Shown piece after piece: positions 42,885 to 56,870 of a DNA stretch of 64,000 bases (its first letter is position 1; each line of letters starts with the position of its first letter). Under the pieces are notes generated by a model. That model was not told the DNA's origin, made no database searches, and saw only the letters and a program-made list of their open reading frames with translations. A program made the translations under genes and the position numbers. The stretch comes from Octopus vulgaris (taxonomy: Eukaryota): contig OX597815.1 in the NCBI GenBank assembly GCA_951406725.2, positions 145,080,001-145,144,000 on the forward strand. Direction: 5' to 3'.

Positions 42885-43336
42885 TTTCTATTCTTGGCAC
42901 AAGGCCCGAAATTTTTTGTGGGAAGGGGAGGGCAATCGATTAGATTGACCTCAGTATGCAACTGCTACTTAATTTATCGACCTCGAAAGGATGAAAGGCA
43001 AAGTCGACCACGGCTGAATTTGAACTCTGCCCACAAGGGGCTACACACAGAGGGGATAAACAAGGACAGACAAACGGATTAACGTTAAGGCAGACGAAAT
43101 ACCTATTTCTTTACTGCCCACAAGGGGCTAAACACAGAGGGGATAAACAAGGACAGACAAACGGATTAAGTCGATTATATCGACTCCAGTGCGTAACTGG
43201 TACTTATTTAATCGACCCCGAAAGGATGAAAGGCAAAGTCGACCTCGGCGGAATTTGAACTTAGAACGTAGCGACAGATGAAATACCGCTAAGCATTTCG
43301 TCCGGCGTGCTAACGTTTCTGCCAGCTCGCCGCCTT
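42885..43336 (-). mobile_element. SINE family A, dimeric
   Basis: Same structure as the 26395 copy. Confidence 0.8.
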
Positions 43337-43670
43337 TGAAAGGGAGTCATCTGCCGAGGGATAGTGAAGGGCGATGACAATGCGGGGAGGCGATGGGGGG
43401 AAAACTGTGATGGAAAAAAAAGGAACCGCTTATATTGTTTCTTAAATTGCATAATGATATACAAATGTAAGTATACATATATAAATATGTATACATACAT
43501 ACATACATATACATGAACTCTCATACATAACCATGATGTAAAATATAAGCATAAATATATATAAAAAAAAAAGGAATTTTAACATAAGCAAATGTGAAAA
43601 CTAAATATTTGTTAAAAATGTGTCAACAAAATAGCAAAACGGATATATATATGTATATATATTAATAACG

Positions 43671-43729
<59 letters not shown>

Positions 43730-43822
43730 TATTATTATTATAATAATAATTATTATTATTAATATTATTATTATTATTACTATTATTATAATATATATAT
43801 ATATGTATATATGTATGTACAT

Positions 43823-43904
<82 letters not shown>

Positions 43905-44530
43905 ACGTAAATATTCAATATATATGTTAGTGTGTATGTATGTGTGTGTATTATACATAATACTTTGCAAATAATAGACCTTGTATACGAGCGTCTGGTT
44001 TCCTGACCTTGTGCCAAAATTTGAAACTAGTAAATAATAGAATTGTAAAAAGTTAAGGAATGTATCTTTTGAAGAAAAAGCAAGAATCTAGAAGTAAATT
44101 ATAACAGTTTGGTTTATATTATGGCCGTTGAAGACAAGGCTTACACATACATACACGCCTACATACATATACATACATACATACATGTACATGTTGCCCT
44201 TAGTAAGACAACACCCTTTGTACGTATACATATTTCTGTTCAGCAAAACTTTCATAAATTATTAATTCGGAAACAAGTACAACCCTTACCAGAATTTGAA
44301 CTCCTATGAAGGGCAACCACGAAATATCAATGTATGGCATAATATAAACAAAACCAAACCACAATAAACCAAGATATCAAGAAACCCCACACAAGTTTAA
44401 CTCTACAAGAACTAGAATTTCAATGAAAGACAACTTAGAATCATGAGAACGCCAGATAGGAAAACTTCACAGTCAACATACACATCAATCATATGCATCC
44501 ACTATCAGCTGCCTAACGGATATATATATA

Positions 44531-44945
44531 CAGGGTGTACCCCAAAAAATGTATACACACTTTAACAACTGATAAATCAACTAATGCTTTTTATTTTCAG
44601 GTGAAACCCATTGGAATTAATGATGGCAATTAGATTAAGCTTTGAACAAAGAAAACTCATTCTAAAATGCTACTGGAAGTGGGAAAAATGCAGTTGAAGT
44701 GCAAAGACAGTTTAGGAGGGAGTTTCAAATAGATCCACCAACGCGACTTCCCATCACTTGAATTAGAGTTAAGTTTGAAGCCAGTGGAACTGTTCAGAAT
44801 GTCCACAAGAAGTGTTCCAGAAGACCACGAACATCGGCAGCCCCCACAAAGCAAGACAGAGTGCTAGAAACGTATCACCAAAGTCCACGAAAATCTGTAC
44901 AACCAAGCGAGTCGTGAGGTAGGTATTTAAAAATCGTCTGGCTAA
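44531..44945 (+). pseudogene. Tc1/mariner left end with DUF4817-type HTH, frameshifted
   Basis: TA-CAGGGTGTACCCCAAAAAATG terminus. MAIRLSFEQRKLILKCYWK / NAVEVQRQFRREF..PPTR..KFEASGTV..RPRTS. Confidence 0.75.
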
Positions 44946-45133
44946 CCGCTACTTCTAGAAAATTTCGGTACCACATTTCTGAGTTGCAGTTCAAGCCAGG
45001 TTGTCAGTGGTAAACCAAACAAAGAACTCATATTTCCTATTACATTACATTAATTGATGAAAACTCCCTGTATATTCTCCCTCTATCCCTCCCTCTCTCT
45101 CTCTTTCTCCCTCCTCCCCACTCTCTCTCTATG

Positions 45134-45189
<56 letters not shown>

Positions 45190-45201
45190 CATACACATAC
45201 A

Positions 45202-45234
<33 letters not shown>

Positions 45235-45252
45235 GTGGGGAACAGAGAGAAG

Positions 45253-45306
<54 letters not shown>

Positions 45307-46085
45307 GATTTTTTCAGTTTCCATCTCTCAAATCCGATTAAAAGACTTTGATGTGCCAAAGACTATAGCAGAAAACATTTGCCCAAGCTGCCACGTAGCG
45401 GGACTGAACCCGGAACCATGTGGTTGGGAAGCAAGCTTTTTACTACAGAGCCACCCTTGCGCACAGCCACGCCTGCACCAGCACACAGCTAAACATACAT
45501 ACATACATACATACATACATACATACATACATACATACATACATACATACATACATACAAAGATACATCCTGAATGACCATGGGATTGCACTTAGAAAGT
45601 TACCCTCCGAGGCGCAAGTCTGGAGAAGGTTGTTTACGGAAGATCAATAGTTGCCCATGCATACCTGCCCCCCTCTCCACACCACTGATGTTACCCAAGG
45701 GAAAGGCAAAGGCTGATACAGCTTGGCACCAGTGACGTCACAACTCGTTTTTACAGCTGTGTGAACTGGAACAATATGAAATAAAGTGTCTTGCTCAAGA
45801 ACACAACACGCAGCCCAGTTCATATATATATGGGGGTGGGGGTAGGAGGCGCATGGCTCAATGGTGAGACCTCGGTCTCCCAATCATAAGGTAGTGAATT
45901 CAATTCCCGGACCGGGCTGTGTGTTGTGTTCTTGAGCAAGACTCTTTATTTCACTCATTTGCTTTATTACGAAAGCAAATGAGGTCGATACGCAAACAAC
46001 GAGAGAAACAAATGGAAAACAGGACAAGTAACATAAAGAAAGACCCTTCATCAGGTCGGCTGTCTATCTACTCCTCATTTCGAGC

Positions 46086-46189
<104 letters not shown>

Positions 46190-46409
46190 GTATATAATTC
46201 TCCCAATCAGTCACCATTTGTCCGACTCTGTCCCACCCCAGCTGTGTCCATTTGATGGACATATAGCGGTAAACATGGCGACGCAAAACATCTCTAGTGC
46301 GACTTTTTATTGACGTATCTGAAGAGACGCAAAACAATGGATCGAAACATGTGTTGTGCTTAATAAAAGTCTAATACACATTCCATCTCCAATTTTATTA
46401 ATACTATAT

Positions 46410-46660
46410 ATATAAGACGATGGCCGTCCACTCGTGACCGAGGAAGACCATTGCTGACCTTCAGGAACATTGTGCGCTCTAGGACTAACTTATATTTTGC
46501 ATTTGCGGCTCCGTTGATGGCTAAAGAGCTCTGCTTTTGACAAGCAAACACGACTGCAAACATTGCAAACCAAGCTTTCCCCATTGACCGCACCAGCATC
46601 TCAGAAGACATGGATAGTCCTCTACAATATGGAAATCCTATCTTCATCTGCTAGAAAATG
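46410..46660 (-). mobile_element. RTE LINE 3' fragment
   Basis: VCNVCSRVCLSKAELFSHQRS. Its 3' tail ggtcttcctcggtcacga is shared with about 12420-12735 (+). Confidence 0.65.
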
Positions 46661-48414
46661 CGCCGTATATGCATGTATTCTAGAAACACTCCTTCTTATT
46701 CCCTTATTTCTATGATACACTCTTTTCTAACAGCTTTATTGTAACAGTTCTGCAATTATGTTTAAATAAATAAATGCCATGTTCAAAACTGTAACTAATT
46801 GTTTGCCTGTTCATGCTTCCTTTCTACTATGTACAACTTTACGCCTCCACACGCACACACATACATACACTCGCATACGCACACATACAGTCACACATGC
46901 ACACACATGTATATATTTATATCGATTTTGAAATTAAAAACAAAAACCAGCAAAAATAAAAGTTGATTAAAGATTTAAGTGTCTGACTTATAGAATTCTT
47001 AATCCGATTATAATTTGTTCTATGATCTGCTATACATAACCAAGAATAAGACACCTGATGTCAATGGGATACCAGCTCAATGGAAATATATGTTGACGTA
47101 AGCTTTCATTTATAAGAGAGACAAATTACCACTGCTTATATCTAGGGTGGCAGTGGTTTTCATTGGCTGTTATTTATATACGCTCCAGATGGATTAAAAA
47201 TAAAGTTGACTTTATCGAGATTCGAATTGTTATCCGGTACTGTAACTGTTCTACCAGTTTACCATAATTTTGTTTGGTGCTCAACCAGTTAATTCTACCA
47301 ATCAGTTATCACTTTGTCCGACTCTGTCCCAGCTCTGTCAATCCACCGTCGTTTTATTCCACACTCCACCACCTCTCTCTATCTACGGCCATTTTGTCCA
47401 ACACTTTCCCAGCTCTGTCATTTCACCGTTATTTTGTTCAACACTATCCCAACCGTCATTTCATCGCCATAGTATTCGACGTTATCCCAGCCATACCACT
47501 CCACCACCCTTCATGTATATGTATACAATTTTTTTTGTTTAAAAGAAAAAAAAATCCTGTTTAATCTCTAGAGATAGTAATTGAAACGTTTCCCGTCTTT
47601 ATGGAGATTAAGAAATATTTACAGCCGAGATTTTAAAGCTTACCATTAACAGTACACGATTGACTGTATAAGCAGACGACATTAACGGAGGGAGGAAGAG
47701 AGAGTGATGGAGATGGATAGATACATAAGTAAATATATAGAGAGAAGAAGAAGAAGAAAGAGAGAGAGAGGGAGAGAGAGGGATAGAGAGGGATAGAGAG
47801 GGAGAGAGAGGGAGAGAGGGAGAGAGAGAGAGAGAGTAATGCGAATTATTTTTTCTAGTAGTTTTCTTATTTTGTTTTTACTTTTTAACAACTTTTCAAG
47901 TAAAGTATTGAATTTAAAAAATCAGAAATATTTCACTGAACAAAAAGGACAATTCTTTCTTTCTTCCTTTGTTGCTTTTAATTTATTTTATCCTCTTCAA
48001 CAAGTTGCTGTTCTTTTTCTTCCCACCACACCTTCTTCTTCTTCTTCTTCTTCTTCTTCTTCTTCTTCTTCTTCTTCTTCTTCTTCTTCTTCTTCTTCTT
48101 CTTCTTCTTCTTCTTCTTCTTCTTCTTCTTCTCCACACTCACCCACGCTATCGCTCCACAACTTTGATTCCATTCGGGAAATTCATCCAGTTTCAGATGG
48201 ATTAATTGGCGTCACATTCCAAATGTATGAACAATTCATTTAAATCTCTTTAAAAAACAAGAGTTCCTTCTGGCGTTAATGAATATATATCGTTTTATAA
48301 TCAATAAAACTCCCCCAACTAAACTTCCGGTCGTATTCATTTACCCTGAGCCGGAACAAAGGTTCGTCCCGGTTCTTAAATAAAATTTTAAAAAAATATT
48401 TAGATATTTGTAAT

Positions 48415-48665
48415 ATGAGTTCGTCTGTTGTTGTGGACGATGACCAAGAATATCACATAGAAGAAGACGGGTCACAGTGTGACCGGCTGAGACCAGTCAG
48501 TCCGATGCTTGCTCGGAGGGATCTGCCGCTGGTCGAGCACTGGTCGTCTGCTGAAACTAAAAGCGAGGAGTTGGATCTGGACTTGCGCAGTTCGCATTTC
48601 TCTTGTGTCCTTGCAAACCCGTTCTGTTCGTAGGAGGTGGTCTTGCGCTTGCATTTCCCAACCAT
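48415..48665 (-). mobile_element. RTE LINE 3' fragment nested in a mariner element
   Basis: YEQ..RKSR..CSTSGRSLRASIGL..SRSH followed by an RTE-type 3' tail. Confidence 0.65.
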
Positions 48666-49196
48666 GTATGTTACATTTAGTTCTGCAACCTTCCGTCATT
48701 TTTGAGGCAGCTCCATAATCCAATCTTTCCTAAACTTGGTCTAAATAGTTTTTACAATCTTCCAAAGAAATGAAGTTCTTCTCATTAAGAGACTTTTGTA
48801 GGGATCGAAATGAATGGTAACCTGAAGGTGCAAGGTCAGGTGAGTACGGTTGATGTGTTCGGATATCCCAGTCAAGAAGAACAAATGTCTGCCAGGTCTG
48901 AAAGGAAACATGAAATCTAGCATTATCCCGAAGGAAGACGACATTCTTCCGAGTGGCCAATTCTCATTGGTTGCCTTCTTTAATCAGTCTCATTGGACGC
49001 TGAATTCAGACAAATGTCTGAATTTAGCATCTGTTTTTACGGAAGACGCGCGTAATGCACAATTTCTTTCACCCTCATCCACATAGTGAGTATCGCCTTC
49101 TTTGGATACTGACTTTGGATAGTGGTTAAAGGAGGTTCATCTCCTTTCCTCCAGGACCTCTTTCGCTCCACATTGTTGTAAACAATTCATTTTTCT

Positions 49197-49219
49197 CTGA
49201 GTCCAATTCCAGGCATTGA

Positions 49220-49279
<60 letters not shown>

Positions 49280-49290
49280 TGATGATGATG

Positions 49291-49363
<73 letters not shown>

Positions 49364-49679
49364 CAATAATAATAATAATATTGGGGTTTGAATAATTCAC
49401 CTTTGGAAACAGGGGTGTTTCGTTCAACATCCTTAAACAACCCTTATTCAGGGACCTTTTGAGCAGGATGGGCTACTTGACCAGAACAAAATTCTAACTG
49501 GGCCCCACCTGCAAGGTCATGTGCTGTTTATCTTGATATGAGATCACCATGTCGCGCACATATGGTTGTGATGCATGTGCCTAGTGTACCTTTATCAGAC
49601 GGGTAGTCATGATGGGTATACTGGGCATCGTATATTTTACCCCAGTGTCACTTTGATGGCATGCACTGCTCTCTCACTC

Positions 49680-49714
<35 letters not shown>

Positions 49715-49863
49715 CATCAAAAAATACCTTAGGAATGAGTACCCAGGTTCGAAATTTCTCCAAGACACCTGATGAGGGCTGGAGGGTATATCAGCCGAAA
49801 AGTTGTGTTAACAACAAACAAGATGAGGGCAAATATCCATCAAATGTAAATAATGTAAATAAT
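49197..49863 (+). mobile_element. 5'-truncated copy of the HHR-SINE, interrupted at its (TAA)n by another repeat (49385-49681)
   Basis: Matches 24936-25165 in reverse complement. The inserted piece matches about 6437-6730 in reverse complement. Confidence 0.7.
49764..49809 (+). ncRNA. Second copy of the SINE-borne hammerhead motif, stem III mutated
   Basis: GACAC-CTGATGA-G-GGCTG..CAGCC-GAA-AAGT-T-GTGTT. Confidence 0.6.
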
Positions 49864-50690
49864 TTATTTTTCATCTGTTTATTTATTTTTCATATGAATC
49901 GTTTTTGTTGAGTTTGAGCAAAGAATCGCAGATACGGTCTAATAAACTTTTCCGTTAAATTCTGAGATACTCATAGCGATTCACATAACCAAGCCTTATA
50001 AAGTTGCTCGAATGAAATATGTGGAATATCTTTTCAATGTCTCGCGACGTGTGATTGGGATTATTTTTGACTAGCGTTTCGATTTGGTCATCATCAACGA
50101 CTGTAGGCCTCCCGAAACGTTCAATTTTCCAGATGTTTCCACACCTAAACCTTGCGATTCTCTTAGTCTTTTATTGTTCCTTTATCCTTTTACTTGTTTC
50201 GGTCATTTGACTGCGCCTTTAGTCAAGCAAATCGACCCCCCAGGACTTAGTCTTTGTAAGCCTGGTACTTATTCAATCGGTCTCTGACGCCGAACCGCTA
50301 AGTTACGGGGACGTAAGCGCACCAGCGTCAGTTGTCAAGCGATGTTGCGGGTACAAACACAGACACACAAATACACACACACACACACACATACATATAT
50401 ATATGTATATACGATAGGCTTCTTTCAGTTTCTGTCTACCAAATCTTCTCACAAGCTATAGTAGAAGTCACTTGCCCAAGGTACCACGCAGTGAGACTGA
50501 ACCCGGAACCATGTGGTTGGTAAGCAAGCTACTTACCACACAGCCACTCCTGCGCCTCTGCTATCGCACCATTCCCATAAACTGCACATACTTATTTTGC
50601 TATTTGTACAGCGTTTTTCCTTTCCGAAAATAAAAGAGCATGAAATAACGAAAATACGTCTCATTTTCCGCCATTTTTATTTCTAACATA

Positions 50691-50943
50691 TTGGGTTGGT
50701 GCATAATTATAGCGGCCTTTATTTTTAACAAATTTAATTCAACAAAAACAATAACAACATGTAACAAAAACATCTTTAAATGATTATTCCGGAGTATATT
50801 CACCATCTACTTTAATTACTGCTTTCCATTTACTTGGTAGACGTTCAGACCGTCATTTAAAGATGTTTTTGTTAAATGTTGTTATTGTTTTTGTTGAATA
50901 AAATTTGTTGAAAAAAAGCCGAAATAATTATGCACCAGCCCAA
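50691..50943. mobile_element. Mariner-derived MITE
   Basis: Imperfect TIRs of about 95 bp (ttgggttggtgcataattat / ataattatgcaccagcccaa) with TA on both flanks. Confidence 0.8.
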
Positions 50944-52414
50944 TACAAACGGTAGAAATAAACTATCCTCTCAATAATAATATAAAGAGACATGTCGAAA
51001 TGTTCCTTTCAGAAAATATTTGTTATATACTTCTGTCTCGAGAGAATCCAAATCACTTGTTTAAACGCCACCAATTGGAAAGCGGTACGAACTTCTGTCC
51101 TAACCAAATAGTTACATCATAACAGAAGTTGTACCGAGACGAATTAACAACAGATGACTATGTTCTCTTAGCAATGTCAGTGAAACAAACGTAACCCATT
51201 TCCAGACAACAAGGGAGCTGCTAAGTGGTCGTTTTACAGACTAGAAATAATAGCCAAATCTCCCTCAAATCTCATACCGCCTTTTCGAAAAAGAAGAAAG
51301 ATATTGGGTAATTTTTCATCATATGTCGATGAACATGCTGGAGTAACTATGGAGATAGACTAACAAAAATATACATTAAAGGCAAAAATATACATTAAAG
51401 GCAGTGCTGCAGCATGGTCGCATTCAAATGATTGAAAGGAATAAACGAATCTGGAATGTACGGAGAATTCTAAACTCAACAAAAATGAAGAATTCTGCCA
51501 CGTTTGCAGAGTTTCAACACGAAAACTTTTACATTCCTCTGTGCTACACACATACATGCACACGCACACACGCATACACGCGCGAACGCACACACACACA
51601 CACACACATGCGCACATATCTGGCAACACAATTTATTAAGCTACTCCATATCTGGTTATATTCTGTGTATGATTCGGTGCTCATTGAGGCTTAAGTAAGA
51701 AAGTGTCCCCAGGGGACGTGGCATGCCGGGGTTGATGAAAAACGATACGGAAATATGTATGCAAAATATGTGTACACGCTTATACACACACACACACGCA
51801 CACATATACACACACACACTCACACGCAACACTCACACAAAACACACATAGTTGCATATACTCACACATGTTAAATTAATATTATTTTAAAGCTACTTTA
51901 AGACACCAACAAGGCTTTTACTGGCGGAGTAACTTAACGCTGAGAGTAGAATCAAATCTACTGTAAACATTATATTGACTGGGACTTTACAATACACACA
52001 TACACACACTCACTCACACACACACAAACACATATTGTAAGTGCAATGAGCAATAAGAAAATTAGGATCTTTATATTTTGACCGGCAGATTTAGAAATTA
52101 ACTTTTTGTAACTAAACACTTTCAAACTTTGGACACTGGTAGACTGTGTCATATAAAGCATCTTTTACTCATAGCACTTTTGAGAAAAATTTATATTTAC
52201 GAAGTTTTTTCGTGTTAAAATTGTCGTATTTCGGTAATTTCAACCAATCAATGACGTGTATTCAGCTGAATAAAATTACTACCGTTGTTTGTCAACAACA
52301 ACTACCGGCGGTGTATATTTTGCTTGTCACTGTTATTTATGACATATTTCGTCTCAGTTACGTTTGTATGAATAAACCTTTTTCATCGACCACAACTGCT
52401 TAATCTCCCAAGCC

Positions 52415-52472
<58 letters not shown>

Positions 52473-52474
52473 CA

Positions 52475-52640
<166 letters not shown>

Positions 52641-52654
52641 TATTATCATCATCA

Positions 52655-52729
<75 letters not shown>

Positions 52730-53430
52730 GTTTGACTTTTGCTTTATATTTGTACAAGTTGGCTCCAAGTCTCACCCGGAGACCTCAAGAGACAACAGGT
52801 TGGAAGTTCACGTTGTTGTTATGCCTAGTGTGCCATATATTTGGTTGTTTTTTGTGTCGTACTGGTGGATGTCTAAAAAAAATTTTTTGTTTTAAACCTT
52901 GAGATTACATAGAGAGTATTTTGCGTAGGATATGAGCAGTTCCCATGAGCACTATCTTTTGATTTTCTGCCATTTTTGGGTTTCCTGGTATCTGAGTTAG
53001 GTAGCTATCAGCCCCTTTTGCTATCATTCCCAGGGCACCTATGACAACAGGTGTTGTTTTAGTCTTCAGGTTCCACATTTCGCTGATTTCTATTTCAAGA
53101 TCTTTATATTTGCTCAGTTTTTGGTAGGTCTTGACAGATACGTTTATATCGATTGGGACAGTCATATCAATGAGGAGGCATGTTCTTTGTTTGAAGTCTT
53201 TCAATATGATGTCTGGCCTATTTGCATCTATCTTTCTGTCAGTTTGAATGGTGAAGTTCCAGAGGAGTGAGATGTGGTCATTTTCAAGCACTGGGGGTGG
53301 TTTGTGTTCCCACCAGTTTTTTTCATGGGGCAAATCCAGGTTTTTGCAGATTACCCAGTGAATATATTGTGCAGTTTATCGTGCCTGTTGAGATACTCTG
53401 TAGGCGCTAGAAGACTGCACTTGGAGACCA
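52730..53430 (-). mobile_element. 3' fragment of an R4/Dong-like non-LTR retrotransposon (restriction-like endonuclease domain)
   Basis: C..LA..EY..RHD; WWEH.P; LLWNFTIQTDRKIDANRPDII..CLLID; K..KYKDL; PVVIGALG; QKIVLMGTAHILR. (TAA)n on both sides. Confidence 0.85.
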
Positions 53431-53509
<79 letters not shown>

Positions 53510-53529
53510 TTTTTTTTTTCTTTCGACCG

Positions 53530-54010
53530 GGAAGGGAAGGCTGTTTACTTCTGTCTGGTGGCTATGGCGAAGGATGTAAGTGTCGAGGACGGACGAGGTT
53601 GAAAGGGCTGAAAACAAACACTTTCCTCTTCAGTCAAACCCGCATCAACTTTTATGAATTTCACTTGAAGAAGAAAGTGAGGATGGAAAAGGAAATGCCG
53701 ACCCTCAGGGCCTTCGTTAAAAGGTGGGCGAATGTGTTGAGGATAGCCCGTTCATACAGGCTTACTCTAAACATATGCGCTTGTAGGCCGGAGGAGCTGA
53801 GGAGGAAAGTGGTGTCTTCTTGAGGTGCTTTTGGTGGTTGGACGCGGGAGGAACACCCTGCTTTTGGGGGGATTTTTATTCTTTGATTTTTATTGTTACT
53901 TGTTATTGTTTCTATTGTATACACGAATCTTTGTGCTAAATCTCACTTGTCCTGTGTTTTGTATTGTTTCTTTTTGTTTTGTGTTCGGCTCTTGTGACCA
54001 ATAAAGAAAA
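53530..54010 (+). mobile_element. Probable Tx1-like LINE 3' fragment
   Basis: ..FYEFHLKKKVRMEKE..AFVKRW resembles a Tx1 ORF2 C-terminus; the T-rich UTR ends in aataaagaaa. Confidence 0.4.
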
Positions 54011-54126
54011 GATCATCATCATCATCATCACCACCACCACCACCACACCACCACCACCACCACCACCACCACCATCACCACCACCATCATCGCCATCACT
54101 ATCATCATTATCATCATCATCCTCAC

Positions 54127-54169
<43 letters not shown>

Positions 54170-54225
54170 GTCATCATCACCATCATCATCATCGTCGCCG
54201 TCGTCGTTATCCTCCTCCTCCTCAC

Positions 54226-54281
<56 letters not shown>

Positions 54282-54463
54282 GACAAATAATGCAATCTTT
54301 CAGCTCTTACACCCATATTCCCAAGTGATTATCTAGCTATCAGATGCTTTCTCGCCATGTCAAATCTATATTTTATTACTAAAATAAATTTAACGTATTT
54401 AACTCTTAATTTAAGATTTCACATTTTATATGTAGACTTTTGCAGGCTTGCGCCTACGTAAGA

Positions 54464-54563
<100 letters not shown>

Positions 54564-54827
54564 GTCCGTCCTTCCGTCCGTCTGTCTATCTGTCTGTCTG
54601 TCTGTCTATCTGTCTGTCTGGCTGTGTCGACAGACAGTCAGACAGATAGATAGATAAATATATGTGTATATATATATACACACATACACACACATATATA
54701 TATATACATACACATATATATATATATGTATACATACACACATACATATATATGTATATACATATATATACATATATATACGCACATATATATATACATA
54801 TACATACATATATATATATATACATGT

Positions 54828-54858
<31 letters not shown>

Positions 54859-54929
54859 TATATATGATATAAATAATATATATATATAAGCGTATATACA
54901 TACGTATATGTACCTACTTACATCTGTAC

Positions 54930-54989
<60 letters not shown>

Positions 54990-55601
54990 GTAGGCACAGG
55001 ACGTCATGAAACATTTACAACAAAAAAGTACGAAGCACGAATACGTGGAACATGAACTATTCTTTCGAACAACGAAAGACACAAATGGAAAACAAAACAA
55101 ACATAAAAAATGACCCTTCGTCAGTTGTTGGCTACTTTTCTAGTCTTTCATTTCGAGCATTTAATAACAATATATGCTTTCGATGAAACAGTTGCTCCCG
55201 CAAAGCAAATTAAATAAAATTTGGGATTTTGTGGAGGGTCAAAATAGGTAACACAAACAGGACAGTAAAAACAAACAAGAAGGGCTGCTAAGCCTAAACG
55301 AGGTTGTGGTAGTGAACGTGTAAATCAAGCTAGGACTGGAGACAAACAAGAACACGTCTTTCTTGTTCCAGCTACAACGGAGAGAAAGAAAGATTGCCGA
55401 TGGTCACATGGGAGCCACGTGAGCAAGGGAGGAGGAATGAGGGAGTGAAAGTGACAGAGTAATAGGAAAGAATAGTGGGAGAAGAGGAGGTAAAAGGATA
55501 AGAGAGAGAAAAACGAAAGAATAAAAAGATCGTATTGAGTGCGCATCAGAATTATATAGATAAAACTTACTTGGAAGAGATTGCGTGGCGTTCAATCATA
55601 T

Positions 55602-55668
<67 letters not shown>

Positions 55669-56234
55669 TATGCATATATACATGCGAATATGTATATATA
55701 TATGTATATATATATGTGTATATATATGTGGATATAGATAGATAGGTAGATACATAAATGCTCACACAGGCACACAACTCTATATATTTATACGCATGTG
55801 TACGTATCATTATATACCCGAACGTGTTAACCTGTGTGTATGCCCTATATATATATGTTTGTGGGTGTTGTACGTATGTGTCTATATGGGTGTGATTATG
55901 ACAATATTTATACATGTGTGTGTATGTATGTGTGAGTGTGAGCTTGCATGTGCTTGACTTAGTTTTGTGTCCACTGCTTGAAATTGTGCATGTGTGCACG
56001 TATGTATATGTGTATGTATGCATATACATATGTGTGTGTGCGTGTGTGCGTGTGTTAATATACGAGTAATTCTATAAGTTAAATTTCTTCTACACCCTGC
56101 CATCCGGTTCATAGTGGATACCACCCTGTTATGTACTTCAACAAAAAGTTTACAGTACTTTAAACTGAGCACAATTCATTGAATGACAAAAACATTCTTT
56201 TAGAAGGCGTTATCGTTTTTACAGAGGCAACAGT

Positions 56235-56811
56235 TGACAATAATGACGACGACGACGACGACGATGATAACGTCGGCCACAACAATAACTACAACAACAG
56301 CAGCAGCAGGGGCAGCAGCAGCAGCGACAGCCGCCGCAGCAGCAATAGCAACAATGATTACGTCAGCGATGACAATGACTGCAACAACGATAACATCGAC
56401 AACAGCAACAATAGCAACAGCCGCAATAACAACAACAACCACCACCGCCGCCGCCATCATCACCACCACCACTGCCACCACCACCACCACAACTACCACT
56501 GCCACCAACACCACCACCAACGCCACCGCCGCCTCTACCAGCACCACCACCACAGCCACACCAACGACCACCAAAACCACCACCACCACAACTACCACAC
56601 CAACCAAAACCACCACCACCACAACCACTACCACCACCATCACCACCACCACCACCACCATCAGCACCACCACCAACAACAATAACAACAACAATGTCGG
56701 CGACTATACTGCCTACAACGATATTAGCAACAGCAATAGCAACACATTAGCAACAACAGTTATGGCAACGATAAGAACAACAACAGTAGCAGCAGCAGCA
56801 GCAGCAGGAGC

Positions 56812-56855
<44 letters not shown>

Positions 56856-56870
56856 CGATAACATCAACCT
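56235..56870. repeat. Compound trinucleotide microsatellite (GAC/CAG/CAA/ACC)
   Basis: In-phase mosaic of triplet repeats. Similar compound tracts lie at 7195-7490, 52415-52725 and 54010-54280. Confidence 0.85.

Larger units (their letters stand above)
48345..51110 (-). pseudogene. Decayed mariner element interrupted by four nested insertions
   Basis: MAENETYFRYFMLFYFRKGK (ATG 50674), GRPTVVDDDQIETLVKNNP, IVYNNVERKRSW, DNARFH and HQPYSPDLAPSGYH. TIR-like ends at about 51080-51110 and 48345-48375. Confidence 0.8.
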
